Source of the DNA: Escherichia coli
GTDB lineage: Bacteria; Pseudomonadota; Gammaproteobacteria; Enterobacterales; Enterobacteriaceae
Assembly (NCBI RefSeq): GCF_041886205.1
Contig: NZ_CP169029.1
DNA: 64,000 nt
Strand: one strand, 5' to 3'
Below are positions 16,343 to 30,758 of this stretch, one piece after another. Numbering within the stretch: the first letter of the stretch is position 1; each line of letters starts with the position of its first letter. The position numbers and the translations under genes are program-made. The notes beneath the pieces are model-generated. The model had not been told where the DNA came from. It worked only from the letters and a program-made list of their open reading frames with translations, and ran no database searches.

Positions 16343-17725
16343 TTATCCCACCAGCATCCAGGTCGCCGGAACTGAGGCAATTAACAGCATGCCAATCAGC
16401 ACCATTTCCTGACGGTTCAGTACATTATCATGTGTATGCGTTTTGCGCGCATACAGGAAAACCAGCAGCCCCGGCGCATACAGAACAACGGATAACAGCA
16501 AGTGCATTGGACCAGAGGCGTACAATAACCATAAGCCATAAATGCAGGCACCGACACCTACCGCTTTATGCAGTGGACGGGTTGCGATTTTCAGCAAGAA
16601 CGCGCCGACCAGGAAATAGGGCACCAGAATCATTTCTGAGGCGATGGTCAGCAACGTGTTGTAATCGGAACCGGTCAGCCAGATGAGTACCAGACAAATT
16701 TGCACGCAGATGTTGGTCAGCCACAGTGAGGCGGATGGCGCAGCTTGTGCGTTCTGGCGCGCAAAAATGCGCGGGAATGCTTTATGAGTGGCGGCCAGGA
16801 ACGGAACTTCTGCTGCCATGATGGTCCAGCTTAAGTACGCGCCGCAAACGGAAACGATCAAACCGGCAGCGATGATGATTTCGCCCCACGGTCCCATCAT
16901 TTCCACCATCAGACCGGCCATTGACGGGTTACGAATTTCAGCCAGTTCAGGACGTGCCACCACACCCAGTGAAAGCAGCGTTACCAGCAAGTAAACGCCC
17001 AGAGCGGAGAGAACCGCCAGCAGTGTCGCTTTGCCAACATCACGTTTATTACGCGCACGCGCAGAAACAACCACGGCACCTTCCACACCAATGAAAACCC
17101 ACAGGGTGATCAGCATGGTGTTTTTCACCTGTTCCCAAACGGGTACGCCAAGTGCAAGTCCGGTGAAGTCGAGCTTGAAGGTATCCAGTTTGAACATCAT
17201 CATCGCCAGCACAACAAACAGACCCAGCGGCAACAATTTTGCCAGTGTCGCCACCAGGTTAATGCTGGCAGCGGTTTGCACCCCGCGCAGGATCAAAAAG
17301 TGAACAATCCACAATAAAGCCGATGCACCGACTATCGATTGCCAGGTATTACCATCGCCAAACAGGCGCAATTCCGGCGTGTCCGTAAAAAAGCTTAACG
17401 CGGAAAAAACGATCACCAGATAGGAGACGTTGGCGATGACTGCGCACAGCCAGTATCCCCATGCGGAACAAAAGCCGATTAGCTCGCCAAACCCTTCGCG
17501 GGCATAGGTAAAGATACCGCCGTCAAGTTCGGGACGAATGCGCGTGAGGATCAGCATGGCAAAGGCCAGCAATAAAATGCCAGCGCCAGTAATACCCCAG
17601 CCGATGAGCAGTGCTGCCGGGCTGGCAACTGCCGCCATATTTTGCGGCAGACTGAAAACACCCGCGCCCAGCATTGAGCTTAATACCAGCGCGGTGAGTG
17701 CGCTCAGTCCCAGTTTCTTTTCCAT
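16343..17725 (-). CDS. ydgI: APC-family basic amino acid antiporter (ArcD-like)
   Basis: 460-aa polytopic membrane ORF. Position matches K-12 ydgI. Confidence 0.9.
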   Translation of the reverse strand: MEKKLGLSALTALVLSSMLGAGVFSLPQNMAAVASPAALLIGWGITGAGILLLAFAMLILTRIRPELDGGIFTYAREGFGELIGFCSAWGYWLCAVIANVSYLVIVFSALSFFTDTPELRLFGDGNTWQSIVGASALLWIVHFLILRGVQTAASINLVATLAKLLPLGLFVVLAMMMFKLDTFKLDFTGLALGVPVWEQVKNTMLITLWVFIGVEGAVVVSARARNKRDVGKATLLAVLSALGVYLLVTLLSLGVVARPELAEIRNPSMAGLMVEMMGPWGEIIIAAGLIVSVCGAYLSWTIMAAEVPFLAATHKAFPRIFARQNAQAAPSASLWLTNICVQICLVLIWLTGSDYNTLLTIASEMILVPYFLVGAFLLKIATRPLHKAVGVGACIYGLWLLYASGPMHLLLSVVLYAPGLLVFLYARKTHTHDNVLNRQEMVLIGMLLIASVPATWMLVG

Positions 17726-17910
17726 CGATATCCAGTGATTAAAACGTGATAAGAAGAATAAATATTAGGGCAAAACGCATAAAAATGGAGTTTGCCACTG
17801 AAGCGCGGGATTTTACGAAGAGATGTGTCTGCATGCAATGGTCGCGGGGAAATTTGTGACTAAAAATGCGAAAGGCGGCATCAAGCCGCCTTATAGGAGT
17901 AACTGAATAG

Positions 17911-18855
17911 TTATTTATACAGATCTGCGCTGACGGTCAGGTTATTACCACGTTCCTGCCACTGGCGGGTGATGTGGTAATACTTAGCACCTTTCTTCGC
18001 GGCACGTTTCGCAACCTGATAGGAGACTTCGGTCATGTTGCCGTAGTTGCCAGAGAATTTGATGCTGTCGAACGGGACCATCATCGCTGCGGTCGCTTTG
18101 TTCAGTTCTTCGACTTTAGTGCCATCCGGGAGCGTGACGGTGTAACGCCCGCCTTTTGATGACTGGGTTTCAAAGAAGCGACCGACTTCAGAACTTGGTG
18201 ATGCGGTAGTCGCAACACCCGGGATCTCAACTTTCTTCGCGGCTTCGCCACCGGCAGCCAGAGCTGCACGTCCTGCTTCGGAATCTGCCGGGATCACATC
18301 CGGGCTCTGGACGATACGTTTCTTAGCATCTTTTTTATAGATGAATGCAGTAATACGCTGGTTGCCGCCCTGGTTGGCATCGATTTGACGAACGATGTAG
18401 AAAGAGTAGGCACCTTTCGCTTTTGCCGCTTTGGTGATGGCATCATTGACTTCTGGCTGGCTACGATAGAAGCCCTGGACGGTGACCGTGTCAAACGGTT
18501 CAATCAGAACCGCCTGATCTTTCGGCAGTTCGACAACACCGTTAATTACGCGATTACTTGTTTCTTCTGCTTTTTCAGCATCGGCTTTATAGAGGTCAGC
18601 GACCACACGCCAGTTACCGCTGTTACCAAAATCAGAAGTGTCGACAACATAAAAAGAGGCGGCACCTTCTTTATCTGCGCGACGAGAAACGGCTTTCACC
18701 GCTTCGCCAATAGCATTAAAACGACCGGTAACCACTACACGGTCAAAAGGTTTAACCGCTGCCGCTTGCTCCGGTGTCAGTTCTGTTGCTGCGTTAACGG
18801 AGAATGCCGTAGCAGAAAGCAGTGCCGACGCCAGGAGGGTGTTCTTAAGCTTCAT
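17911..18855 (-). CDS. ydgH: periplasmic protein YdgH (tandem DUF1471/YdgH-BhsA-McbA-like repeats)
   Basis: 314-aa ORF with signal peptide MKLKNTLLASALLSATAFSVNA and three internally similar segments ending ...ADLYK. Confidence 0.9.
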   Translation of the reverse strand: MKLKNTLLASALLSATAFSVNAATELTPEQAAAVKPFDRVVVTGRFNAIGEAVKAVSRRADKEGAASFYVVDTSDFGNSGNWRVVADLYKADAEKAEETSNRVINGVVELPKDQAVLIEPFDTVTVQGFYRSQPEVNDAITKAAKAKGAYSFYIVRQIDANQGGNQRITAFIYKKDAKKRIVQSPDVIPADSEAGRAALAAGGEAAKKVEIPGVATTASPSSEVGRFFETQSSKGGRYTVTLPDGTKVEELNKATAAMMVPFDSIKFSGNYGNMTEVSYQVAKRAAKKGAKYYHITRQWQERGNNLTVSADLYK

Positions 18856-19315
18856 AAAAATAATCCTTCGCCTTGCGCAAACCAGGTACTGGTATTGTTA
18901 TTAACGAGAAACGTGGCTGATTATTGCATTTAAACGGTGTAACTGTCTGCGTCATTTTTCATATCACATTCCTTAAGCCAATTTTAATCCTGCTCAAATG
19001 ACCGTCTATGCTTAAAAAACAGCCGTATCAGCATCAATACTACTGAAGCAACTGAATTGTATAAGTTAATTTAATGTTAAGTAGTGATTCGTGTCGGGGC
19101 GATGTCTCGTTTTATCCGACCGTCGAAGACAATTATCAGTCTTTATCCGGCGTTCTAAGGTGTTTATCCCACTATCACGGCTGAATCGTTAATATTTTGC
19201 GAGTTCACGCCGAAATACTGATTTTTGGCGCTAGATCACAGGCATAATTTTCAGTACGTTATAGAGCGTTTGTTACTAATTTATTTTAACGGAGTAACAT
19301 TTAGCTCGTACATGA

Positions 19316-20911
<1,596 letters not shown>

Positions 20912-20918
20912 GGGGTAA

Positions 20919-22310
<1,392 letters not shown>

Positions 22311-22313
22311 CCC

Positions 22314-22337
22314 TGACGGCCTCTGCTGAGGCCGTCA
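22314..22337. terminator. Hairpin between convergent pntB and tqsA
   Basis: 9-bp stem TGACGGCCT/AGGCCGTCA with a 6-nt loop. It overlaps the tqsA stop region. Confidence 0.6.
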
Positions 22338-23369
22338 CTCTTTATTGAGATCGCTTAACAGAACGGCGATGCTTTGACCTCCCGCTGTTTGTTCAAGCGC
22401 AATTTTGACAATAATTGTCAACGGCACGGAAAGCAGCATACCCACCGGTCCTAACAACCATCCCCAAAAAATCAACGACAAAAATACCACCAATGTGGAA
22501 AGCCCCAGCCCACGCCCCATGATGCGTGGCTCCAGAATATTGCCGAAGACCAGATTAATCAGCAGATATCCCGCCAGCACCAGCAACGCTTCGTAGAAGC
22601 CATTAAACACCAGTACCTGAGCGATAGGGGGAATTGCTGCGAGAACTGAACCAATATTAGGGATGTAATTAAGCGCAAAGGCCAGCAATCCCCAGACAAA
22701 AGCGAAGCGAACATCGAGTGCGGCGAGCATCGCCCAGGCGACCAGGCCGGTGATGATGCTGATGGCTGTTTTCAGCACCAGATAATGAGACACACTGTCA
22801 ATCGCACGCTGAATCGCCGCCATCCCTTCAACCGGACGCGCCATCATTTGCTGAAATTTTCCGGGCAATTGTGGCACTTCGAGCAGCATAAACAGCACCG
22901 TCAGCAGCAATAAAAATATTGATGACATGGCATTAGATAACTGCGTCAATAAGTTGGTGAGCAACGTCATCGCCGCGTTCGGATCTATGTAATGCGCCAG
23001 TTGGTCAACTGAGACGTCAATCCCTACGCGTTGCAACAACGGCTCAAGAGCTTGCAGCGGCGTCATAATAGAGTTGCGATATTGCGGTAACGTCCGCGTC
23101 AACTCGTTGAGCGCGGAACCCAGATAAGCTAACAGCAACACCATCGCCATCACGATGATGGTCATCAAAATCGACACTGCCAGTACACGCGGCACACGCC
23201 AGCGGACCATGTGTTGCACCAGCGGGTTAAGAATAACAGCAATAAATAATGCGAGAATAAACGGCACGATGATCTCGGCGGCAAAACGGATACCGCAGAG
23301 AATAATGACCAGCATTCCCAACATAATGACGATTTTTAGGCCATTGAGCGTGATGATCGGCTTTGCCAT
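22335..23369 (-). CDS. tqsA: AI-2 exporter (PerM family)
   Basis: 344-aa polytopic membrane ORF. Position matches K-12 ydgG/tqsA. Confidence 0.9.
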
Positions 23370-23780
23370 GCTTGTCCCCGTTTTTTCTTCCTTTGCTAAT
23401 AATAATGTCTTTTTCGCTCCGTCATCATAACGAAAATCAAACCGCTCAGGTAAAGAAGTGAAAATATTTTGAGTTAATTCTTAAGCTATGATACAAATCA
23501 GGCGTGTTCAACTACCGAGGACAATTATCATCCGCGATGACGAGAAGCAACACTGCGGATAATTGTAATATTATGGACAATTTGTTCAGGACGTTATTTT
23601 CTAAATTTACCCATCTTCGTACCTCATCCACTATCTTGCTCGTAGGTGAGCAGCACTGGCGCAACGCGCTTTAGTCCTTTCTTCTGCCAAAGCTTGCGCT
23701 ATGCGCGGGGCTTGACCAGTTTACTTTGGTTTCGCTGAATTAAGCGAAAATTAAAATAATTCTCTTGCAGGAGAAGGACA

Positions 23781-24146
23781 ATGTATATTTATTGGATTTT
23801 ATTAGGTCTGGCTATTGCTACGGAAATTACCGGTACGCTGTCCATGAAATGGGCGAGCGTCAGTGAGGGAAATGGCGGCTTTATTTTAATGCTGGTGATG
23901 ATTTCTCTGTCGTATATATTTCTCTCTTTCGCCGTTAAAAAAATCGCCTTAGGCGTAGCTTATGCGCTGTGGGAAGGTATCGGTATTTTATTTATTACCT
24001 TGTTTAGCGTTTTGTTATTCGACGAAAGTTTATCGCTGATGAAAATTGCCGGGTTAACCACCCTGGTCGCCGGGATTGTGTTGATAAAATCAGGTACCCG
24101 TAAAGCGCGTAAACCTGAACTGGAGGTGAACCATGGCGCAGTTTGA
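23781..24146 (+). CDS. mdtJ: SMR-family spermidine exporter subunit MdtJ
   Basis: 121-aa four-TM SMR protein that overlaps mdtI by 14 nt. Confidence 0.93.
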
Positions 24147-24462
24147 ATGGGTTCACGCCGCCTGGCTGGCATTGGCAATCGTGCTGGAAATCGTTGCTAA
24201 CGTCTTTTTGAAATTTTCTGACGGCTTTCGTCGCAAAATATTTGGCTTGCTCTCCCTGGCGGCGGTGCTGGCTGCCTTTAGTGCGCTTTCTCAGGCCGTT
24301 AAAGGGATCGACTTGTCTGTCGCTTATGCATTGTGGGGCGGGTTTGGTATTGCCGCCACGTTAGCCGCAGGTTGGATCTTGTTTGGTCAACGGTTAAATC
24401 GTAAAGGCTGGATTGGCCTGGTCTTGCTGTTGGCTGGAATGATCATGGTGAAACTTGCCTGA
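24133..24462 (+). CDS. mdtI: SMR-family spermidine exporter subunit MdtI
   Basis: 109-aa four-TM SMR protein. Confidence 0.93.
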
Positions 24463-24468
24463 TGAACA

Positions 24469-24494
24469 CGCTGCCCGCGCTGTCGGGCAGCGTT
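24469..24494. terminator. Hairpin between convergent mdtI and ydgD
   Basis: 10-bp perfect stem ACGCTGCCCG/CGGGCAGCGT with a 6-nt loop, followed by TTT. Confidence 0.7.
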
Positions 24495-24500
24495 TGAACA

Positions 24501-25322
24501 TTATTTTTGCGACAGTTGATCCAGCTTGTCGCGAAAACCGGTAACAGAAATGGCCCGGTTATCGGCGCGCCAGCGATCTTTCGCGGCAGGAGCCGAACTT
24601 TGCACCCCAATTAATTGCCAGCCGTCATCGGTATGCAACATCAGAGGCGAACCGCTGTCACCCGGCAAGGTATCGCACTGATGTGACATCACCGACGTTT
24701 GCGCCCAGCCAGTCACTTCACAGTTTTGATGACTGTACAACGTATCGAGATGATCTTCAGGGTATCCCGCCTGAGTCACTTTACGACCTGCCGCTTTTAA
24801 TGCGGCGGTAAGCGCGGCTTTATCTCCCTCAAATAACGGCAACGGCGTAATGCCAGAAGGGGGATTACGTAGCACAATCAATCCGAAGTCCCACGGCGCG
24901 GCTGCGGGAGGTACAATCCAACCATCCCCATCTGCTTTTAACCGCTTTCCCAGTGTCGGATCAACGCGGCCTTCTATGTCGTGGATCTCATAGCGCCAAA
25001 GACCTTTATTTGACACAAAACGCAGCGCCACTGCTTTATCGGCTTTACCCTTTGGAGGTGTCAATAAACAGTGTCCTGCCGTTAATGCCAGATTGGGTGC
25101 AATCAGCGTCGCCGTACATAAATTGCCGCTGGCCGTTTCCAGTTGCCCAACCGCATCCCACGGTAATTGGGTCGTGTCATTCACTGGCACACGATCATCA
25201 TGACCAAAAAACAGGGTGCTGACCTCATCGTTTGCCGATTTGGCAACGTCTGGTTTATCTGCAAACACAAAAGCAGACGTCAAACTAATTGCACCCAACA
25301 CTACAGCAATGGTTGTACGCAT
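24501..25322 (-). CDS. ydgD: secreted trypsin-like (S1) serine peptidase
   Basis: 273-aa ORF with a signal peptide and catalytic motifs TAGHC (His) and GDSGSP (Ser). Confidence 0.9.
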   Translation of the reverse strand: MRTTIAVVLGAISLTSAFVFADKPDVAKSANDEVSTLFFGHDDRVPVNDTTQLPWDAVGQLETASGNLCTATLIAPNLALTAGHCLLTPPKGKADKAVALRFVSNKGLWRYEIHDIEGRVDPTLGKRLKADGDGWIVPPAAAPWDFGLIVLRNPPSGITPLPLFEGDKAALTAALKAAGRKVTQAGYPEDHLDTLYSHQNCEVTGWAQTSVMSHQCDTLPGDSGSPLMLHTDDGWQLIGVQSSAPAAKDRWRADNRAISVTGFRDKLDQLSQK

Positions 25323-25421
25323 ATCACACTCTGGTGGGTAATTATGATTATTAAAAGCAAACCCTCATAAATACTATAGACGGGACGGGATGAAAGTGGG
25401 AGTAAAATCAGATAACTACAG

Positions 25422-25505
25422 TCAGGAAAGATAAAAACGGGCGGCAATCAGTGCGCATAAAATAAGGATGATAAGAATGAACTCAAAGCGATAACGGCCC
25501 ACCAT
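25422..25505 (-). CDS. ydgU: small membrane protein YdgU (27 aa), absent from the ORF track
   Basis: The minus strand reads GGAGGgtagtATG GTG GGC CGT..., giving MVGRYRFEFILIILILCALIAARFYLS*. The SD is strong, and sequence and position match my recollection of K-12 YdgU. Confidence 0.75.
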   Translation of the reverse strand: MVGRYRFEFILIILILCALIAARFYLS

Positions 25506-25597
25506 ACTACCCTCCGCTAAAGGCGGTGCTAAACGTTACCCGCTTAGCACCGTAATTTTCAGGCGCGAGGGGGCGCGCCAGCATTACTGTTGAAAAC

Positions 25598-25906
25598 TTA
25601 CGCTGCGGGTTGTGCAGCAGGTTTTGCCGGTTGCTGATGGCTGTGTTTCCCGGCGTGTTTCTTCGCTGCCTGCGCTTTTTGTTCAGGGGCTTTATGTTCA
25701 GCTTTCGTATTTTTATGATGCTTTTTAGCCGCCTGCGCTTTCTGGGCAGGTGCTGCTTTATGCTGTTTTTTATGATGTGTAGTTTTCGCCGGCGCTGCTT
25801 TGGTGGTCGTCGCAGTCGGAGCAGGTGTGGTCGCAGTCTCTGCAGCAAAGGCGGCAGAAGACAGACCCATAGCAGCGGCAACAACCAGAGCTAATACTTT
25901 TTTCAT
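25598..25906 (-). CDS. asr: acid shock protein
   Basis: I place the start at [21 protein letters not shown] (102 aa). The mature part is a Lys/His/Ala/Gln-rich low-complexity repeat, typical of Asr. Confidence 0.93.
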   Translation of the reverse strand: MKKVLALVVAAAMGLSSAAFAAETATTPAPTATTTKAAPAKTTHHKKQHKAAPAQKAQAAKKHHKNTKAEHKAPEQKAQAAKKHAGKHSHQQPAKPAAQPAA

Positions 25907-26329
25907 TGTCATACCCTCAATTTGTTTTTTCATTTAACCCCACTGCGGGGCCGTTGAAATAACTATATCCCTGGGAATGGCAGACTTCCGTGAGTGGTTG
26001 GTTTCAGCGTGTAACGATATGTACAAACGCTGAATAAATTACAGCATTGATAATAACGTATTGTGACTTAAGGGAAATTTAGCTACCAATAATAGTAGTC
26101 TTGATCGGGTTAACTATTTTACTACTTACAAAGCGGTAGAATAACTGCGCATCAGTAATAAATGACACACAGCAAAATGAATCCGTTTATTTGGGTACTT
26201 ATAATCCTGATGACGCTAGACGCGCTGCGGGAATTGGCTGGCGCTTCGTCTATTTTAGGATGGCTATTAACGTTGGTTTGAGCAAGCAATAAGTCCGGAC
26301 GGGTAGTTACCGCAGTCCGGACTTATTTT

Positions 26330-27583
26330 TCAGGCGTGCAGACGACGATGCAAACGCGTCCCGACCAGCAGAGCAATGACCAGCATCAGAGCAATAAATG
26401 CGCCGACGCCGTTCCAGCCATAGTTATGCCAGAAAACACCACCCAGCGTCCCGGCAATACTCGACCCCAGATAGTAACTGAACAGATACAGCGAGGAGGC
26501 CTGGCCTTTAGCGCGTTTTGCGCGGGGGCCAATCCAGCTGCTGGCAACTGAGTGGGCTGCGAAGAATCCTGCTGAGAAGAGTAACATTCCGGCAAAGATC
26601 AGCCACAGCGAGCTGAATAAGGTCATCAGTAAACCAAACAGCATAACCCCCGTCGAAAACAACATCACCGGACCGCGCCCGTAGCGGGTGGTCATGGTTC
26701 CGGCTTTGGGTGAGCTCCATGTACCGGTCAAATAAGCCAGCGATAATAAGCCAACCACGGCCTGACTGACATGCCAGGGGGAAAGCATCAACCGATAGCC
26801 GATGTAATTAAACAGCGTGACGAACGACCCCATCAGCAAAAAGCCTTCTGCGAACAATAACGGTAATCCCCGGTCACGCCAGTGCAGACGAAAGTTGATA
26901 AACAACGTCTTAGGGCGCAGCGAAGTCGGGCGAAAATGGCGTGATTCCGGGAGGATTTTCCAGAACATCAACGCCGAGGCCAGCGCGAAACAACCGATTG
27001 CCGCCAGAGCAATTCGCCAGTTGAAAAAGTCCGTGAAGACACCGCTAATTAAGCGTCCGCTCATGCCGCCAATTGAGTTGCCGCTGATATACAACCCCAT
27101 TGAAAAGGCCACGAAACTGGGGTGGATTTCCTCGCTAAGATAAGTCATGCCAACAGCTGCCACGCCACTTAACGAAAGCCCAATCAAGGCGCGCATAATC
27201 AAAATGCCGTGCCAGCTGGTCATCATTGTCGAAAGTAACGTACAAATGGAGGCCAACAGTAGCGCCGTGACCATCACTGGTTTGCGACCAATGGCATCGG
27301 ATAGGGGGCCAGTAAACAGCAAACCAATAGCCAACATCGCCGTGGAAATGGACAGTGAAATACTACTGTTCGCGGGGGTTAAGCCAAACTCCTGCGAAAG
27401 CACCGGAAGGATAGGCTGCACACAATAGAGAAGTGCAAATGTTGCCAGTCCGGCAGAGAACAGCGCCAGGGTGACGCGCATAAATTGCGGCGTACCGCGT
27501 TTAATAAATTGATTTGGCTGAGAAATGCTTTGCTTGTCAGTGTCGCTTGCCGGAGCGCCATCAACAGTTGTAGTACGGCTCAC
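26330..27583 (-). CDS. ynfM: MFS transporter YnfM
   Basis: 417-aa 12-TM MFS ORF, divergent from the LysR gene ynfL. Confidence 0.92.
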   Translation of the reverse strand: MSRTTTVDGAPASDTDKQSISQPNQFIKRGTPQFMRVTLALFSAGLATFALLYCVQPILPVLSQEFGLTPANSSISLSISTAMLAIGLLFTGPLSDAIGRKPVMVTALLLASICTLLSTMMTSWHGILIMRALIGLSLSGVAAVGMTYLSEEIHPSFVAFSMGLYISGNSIGGMSGRLISGVFTDFFNWRIALAAIGCFALASALMFWKILPESRHFRPTSLRPKTLFINFRLHWRDRGLPLLFAEGFLLMGSFVTLFNYIGYRLMLSPWHVSQAVVGLLSLAYLTGTWSSPKAGTMTTRYGRGPVMLFSTGVMLFGLLMTLFSSLWLIFAGMLLFSAGFFAAHSVASSWIGPRAKRAKGQASSLYLFSYYLGSSIAGTLGGVFWHNYGWNGVGAFIALMLVIALLVGTRLHRRLHA

Positions 27584-27689
27584 TTGAAATCCTTGCTAAA
27601 TATGCCTGTGGATCAGGCTTATACATAGGGTAGGAAAATCGAATTGTTCTGTCTAATATATTAATAATCTCAAATAAGATGTTTTAAAT

Positions 27690-28583
27690 ATGAATATTGA
27701 ACTTCGTCATCTGCGTTACTTTGTTGCTGTTGCGGAAGAGCTGCATTTCGGGCGCGCCGCTGCCCGCCTGAATATTTCGCAACCGCCGCTAAGTCAGCAG
27801 ATTCAGGCGCTGGAGCAACAAATTGGTGCCCGACTGCTGGCACGAACCAATCGCAGTGTATTGCTGACGGCAGCAGGAAAACAGTTTCTTGCAGATAGTC
27901 GGCAAATCCTGTCTATGGTGGATGACGCTGCCGCTCGCGCTGAAAGACTGCATCAGGGTGAAGCGGGGGAGTTGCGCATTGGTTTTACTTCGTCCGCTCC
28001 TTTTATTCGGGCGGTGTCCGATACGTTATCGCTGTTTCGCCGTGATTATCCCGATGTCCATTTACAAACCCGCGAAATGAACACTCGCGAGCAAATCGCT
28101 CCGCTCATTGAAGGAACGCTGGATATGGGATTGCTGCGTAACACAGCGTTACCGGAGACGCTTGAACACGCAGTCATCGTCCATGAACCGCTTATGGCGA
28201 TGATCCCGCACGATCATCCCCTGGCAAATAACCCGAATGTAACGCTGGCTGAACTGGCGAAAGAACCCTTCGTCTTTTTTGATCCGCACGTCGGGACAGG
28301 GCTGTATGACGATATTCTCGGGCTGATGCGACGTTACCATTTGACGCCCGTCATCACTCAGGAGGTGGGCGAGGCAATGACCATCATCGGTCTGGTTTCC
28401 GCCGGTCTGGGTGTTTCAATTTTGCCTGCTTCATTTAAACGTGTTCAGCTCAACGAAATGCGCTGGGTGCCGATTGCTGAAGAGGATGCGGTTTCTGAAA
28501 TGTGGTTGGTCTGGCCGAAACATCATGAACAAAGTCCGGCTGCGCGTAACTTTCGTATTCATCTGCTGAATGCTCTCAGGTGA
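27690..28583 (+). CDS. ynfL: LysR-family transcriptional regulator
   Basis: 297-aa ORF with the N-terminal LysR HTH MNIELRHLRYFVAVAEELHFGRAAARLNISQPPLSQQI. Confidence 0.93.
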   Translation: MNIELRHLRYFVAVAEELHFGRAAARLNISQPPLSQQIQALEQQIGARLLARTNRSVLLTAAGKQFLADSRQILSMVDDAAARAERLHQGEAGELRIGFTSSAPFIRAVSDTLSLFRRDYPDVHLQTREMNTREQIAPLIEGTLDMGLLRNTALPETLEHAVIVHEPLMAMIPHDHPLANNPNVTLAELAKEPFVFFDPHVGTGLYDDILGLMRRYHLTPVITQEVGEAMTIIGLVSAGLGVSILPASFKRVQLNEMRWVPIAEEDAVSEMWLVWPKHHEQSPAARNFRIHLLNALR

Positions 28584-28717
28584 GGGAAATTTCAGCGAAA
28601 AAGCCCGAAAAATGTGCTGTTAATCACATGCCTAAGTAAAAATTTGACGACACGTATTGAAGTGCTTCACCATAGCCTACAGATTATTTCGGAGCGCGAA
28701 AATATAGGGAGTATGCG

Positions 28718-29938
28718 GTGGTTGCTGAAAACCAGCCTGGGCACATTGATCAAATAAAGCAGACCAACGCGGGCGCGGTTTATCGCCTGATTGATCAGCT
28801 TGGTCCAGTCTCGCGTATCGATCTTTCCCGTCTGGCGCAGCTGGCTCCTGCCAGTATCACTAAAATTGTCCGTGAGATGCTCGAAGCACACCTGGTGCAA
28901 GAGCTGGAAATCAAAGAAGCGGGGAACCGTGGCCGTCCGGCGGTGGGGCTGGTGGTTGAAACTGAAGCCTGGCACTATCTTTCTCTGCGCATTAGTCGCG
29001 GGGAGATTTTCCTTGCTCTGCGCGATCTGAGCAGCAAACTGGTGGTGGAAGAGTCGCAGGAACTGGCGTTAAAAGATGACTCGCCATTGCTGGATCGTAT
29101 CATTTCCCATATCGATCAGTTTTTTATCCGCCACCAGAAAAAACTTGAGCGTCTAACTTCGATTGCCATAACCCTGCCGGGAATTATTGATACGGAAAAT
29201 GGTATTGTACATCGCATGCCGTTCTACGAGGATGTAAAAGAGATGCCGCTCGGCGAGGCGCTGGAGCAGCATACCGGCGTTCCGGTTTATATTCAGCATG
29301 ATATCAGCGCATGGACGATGGCAGAGGCCTTGTTTGGTGCCTCACGCGGGGCGCGCGATGTGATTCAGGTGGTTATCGATCACAACGTGGGGGCGGGCGT
29401 CATTACCGATGGTCATCTGCTACACGCAGGCAGCAGTAGTCTCGTGGAAATAGGCCACACACAGGTCGACCCGTATGGGAAACGCTGTTATTGCGGGAAT
29501 CACGGCTGCCTCGAAACCATCGCCAGCGTGGACAGTATTCTTGAGCTGGCACAGCTGCGTCTTAATCAATCCATGAGCTCGATGTTACATGGACAACCGT
29601 TAACCGTGGACTCATTGTGTCAGGCGGCATTGCGCGGCGATCTACTGGCAAAAGACATCATTACCGGGGTGGGCGCGCATGTCGGGCGCATTCTTGCCAT
29701 CATGGTGAATTTATTTAACCCACAAAAAATACTGATTGGCTCACCGTTAAGTAAAGCGGCAGATATCCTCTTCCCGGTCATCTCAGACAGCATCCGTCAG
29801 CAGGCCCTTCCTGCGTATAGTCAGCACATCAGCGTTGAGAGTACTCAGTTTTCTAACCAGGGCACGATGGCAGGCGCTGCACTGGTAAAAGACGCGATGT
29901 ATAACGGTTCTTTGTTGATTCGTCTGTTGCAGGGTTAA
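28718..29938 (+). CDS. mlc: ROK-family global repressor Mlc (DgsA)
   Basis: 406-aa ORF with a GTG start and sequence VAENQPGHIDQIKQTNAGAVYRLIDQLGPVSRIDLS. ROK zinc motif CYCGNHGCLE. Confidence 0.96.
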   Translation: MVAENQPGHIDQIKQTNAGAVYRLIDQLGPVSRIDLSRLAQLAPASITKIVREMLEAHLVQELEIKEAGNRGRPAVGLVVETEAWHYLSLRISRGEIFLALRDLSSKLVVEESQELALKDDSPLLDRIISHIDQFFIRHQKKLERLTSIAITLPGIIDTENGIVHRMPFYEDVKEMPLGEALEQHTGVPVYIQHDISAWTMAEALFGASRGARDVIQVVIDHNVGAGVITDGHLLHAGSSSLVEIGHTQVDPYGKRCYCGNHGCLETIASVDSILELAQLRLNQSMSSMLHGQPLTVDSLCQAALRGDLLAKDIITGVGAHVGRILAIMVNLFNPQKILIGSPLSKAADILFPVISDSIRQQALPAYSQHISVESTQFSNQGTMAGAALVKDAMYNGSLLIRLLQG

Positions 29939-30062
29939 CATTTTTTAACTGTTCTACCAAAATTTGCGCTATCTCAATTTGGGCCAGGAAAGCATAACTT
30001 AGACTTTCAAGGTTAATTATTTTCCTGGTTTATATTTGTGAAGCATAACGGTGGAGTTAGTG

Positions 30063-30758
30063 ATGCTGAAGCGTTTCTTTATTACCGGTACAGACACTTC
30101 TGTAGGGAAAACGGTGGTTTCCCGCGCATTGCTACAAGCGTTAGCCTCCCAGGGAAAAACGGTTGCGGGATATAAACCCGTAGCGAAGGGGAGCAAAGAG
30201 ACACCCGAAGGGCTGCGTAATAAAGATGCCCTGGTGTTGCAGAGTGTTTCAACCATCGAACTGCCTTATGAAGCAGTTAATCCTATCGCGTTAAGCGAAG
30301 AAGAAAGTAGCGTGGCGCACAGTTGCCCAATCAATTACACCCTCATTTCAAACGGCCTGGCAAACCTGACCGAAAAAGTCGATCATGTCGTGGTAGAAGG
30401 GACTGGCGGCTGGCGCAGTCTGATGAATGATTTGCGTCCACTCTCTGAATGGGTAGTGCAGGAACAACTGCCGGTGTTGATGGTTGTCGGTATTCAGGAA
30501 GGTTGCATTAACCATGCACTGCTAACAGCTCAGGCGATCGCCAACGACGGGCTGCCGCTCATTGGCTGGGTGGCTAACCGAATCAACCCAGGACTGGCGC
30601 ATTATGCGGAAATCATTGATGTGCTGGGTAAAAAACTTCCGGCACCGCTCATTGGTGAACTGCCTTATCTGCCGCGCGCCGAACAGCGTGAACTGGGGCA
30701 ATACATCCGCTTAGCTATGCTGCGCAGTGTGCTGGCGGTAGATAGAGTCACGGTGTAA
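30063..30758 (+). CDS. ynfK: dethiobiotin synthetase paralogue
   Basis: I place the start at [17 protein letters not shown] (231 aa), a BioD-type P-loop. Confidence 0.9.

Noticed and set aside
25507-25933. Alternative-frame ORFs across asr (25507-25884 minus, 25610-25894 plus, and the upstream-extended 111-aa form)
   Set aside because: These are artefacts of the low-complexity Lys/Ala/His/Gln repeat DNA. The 102-aa form with a signal peptide starting [14 protein letters not shown] is the recognisable Asr.
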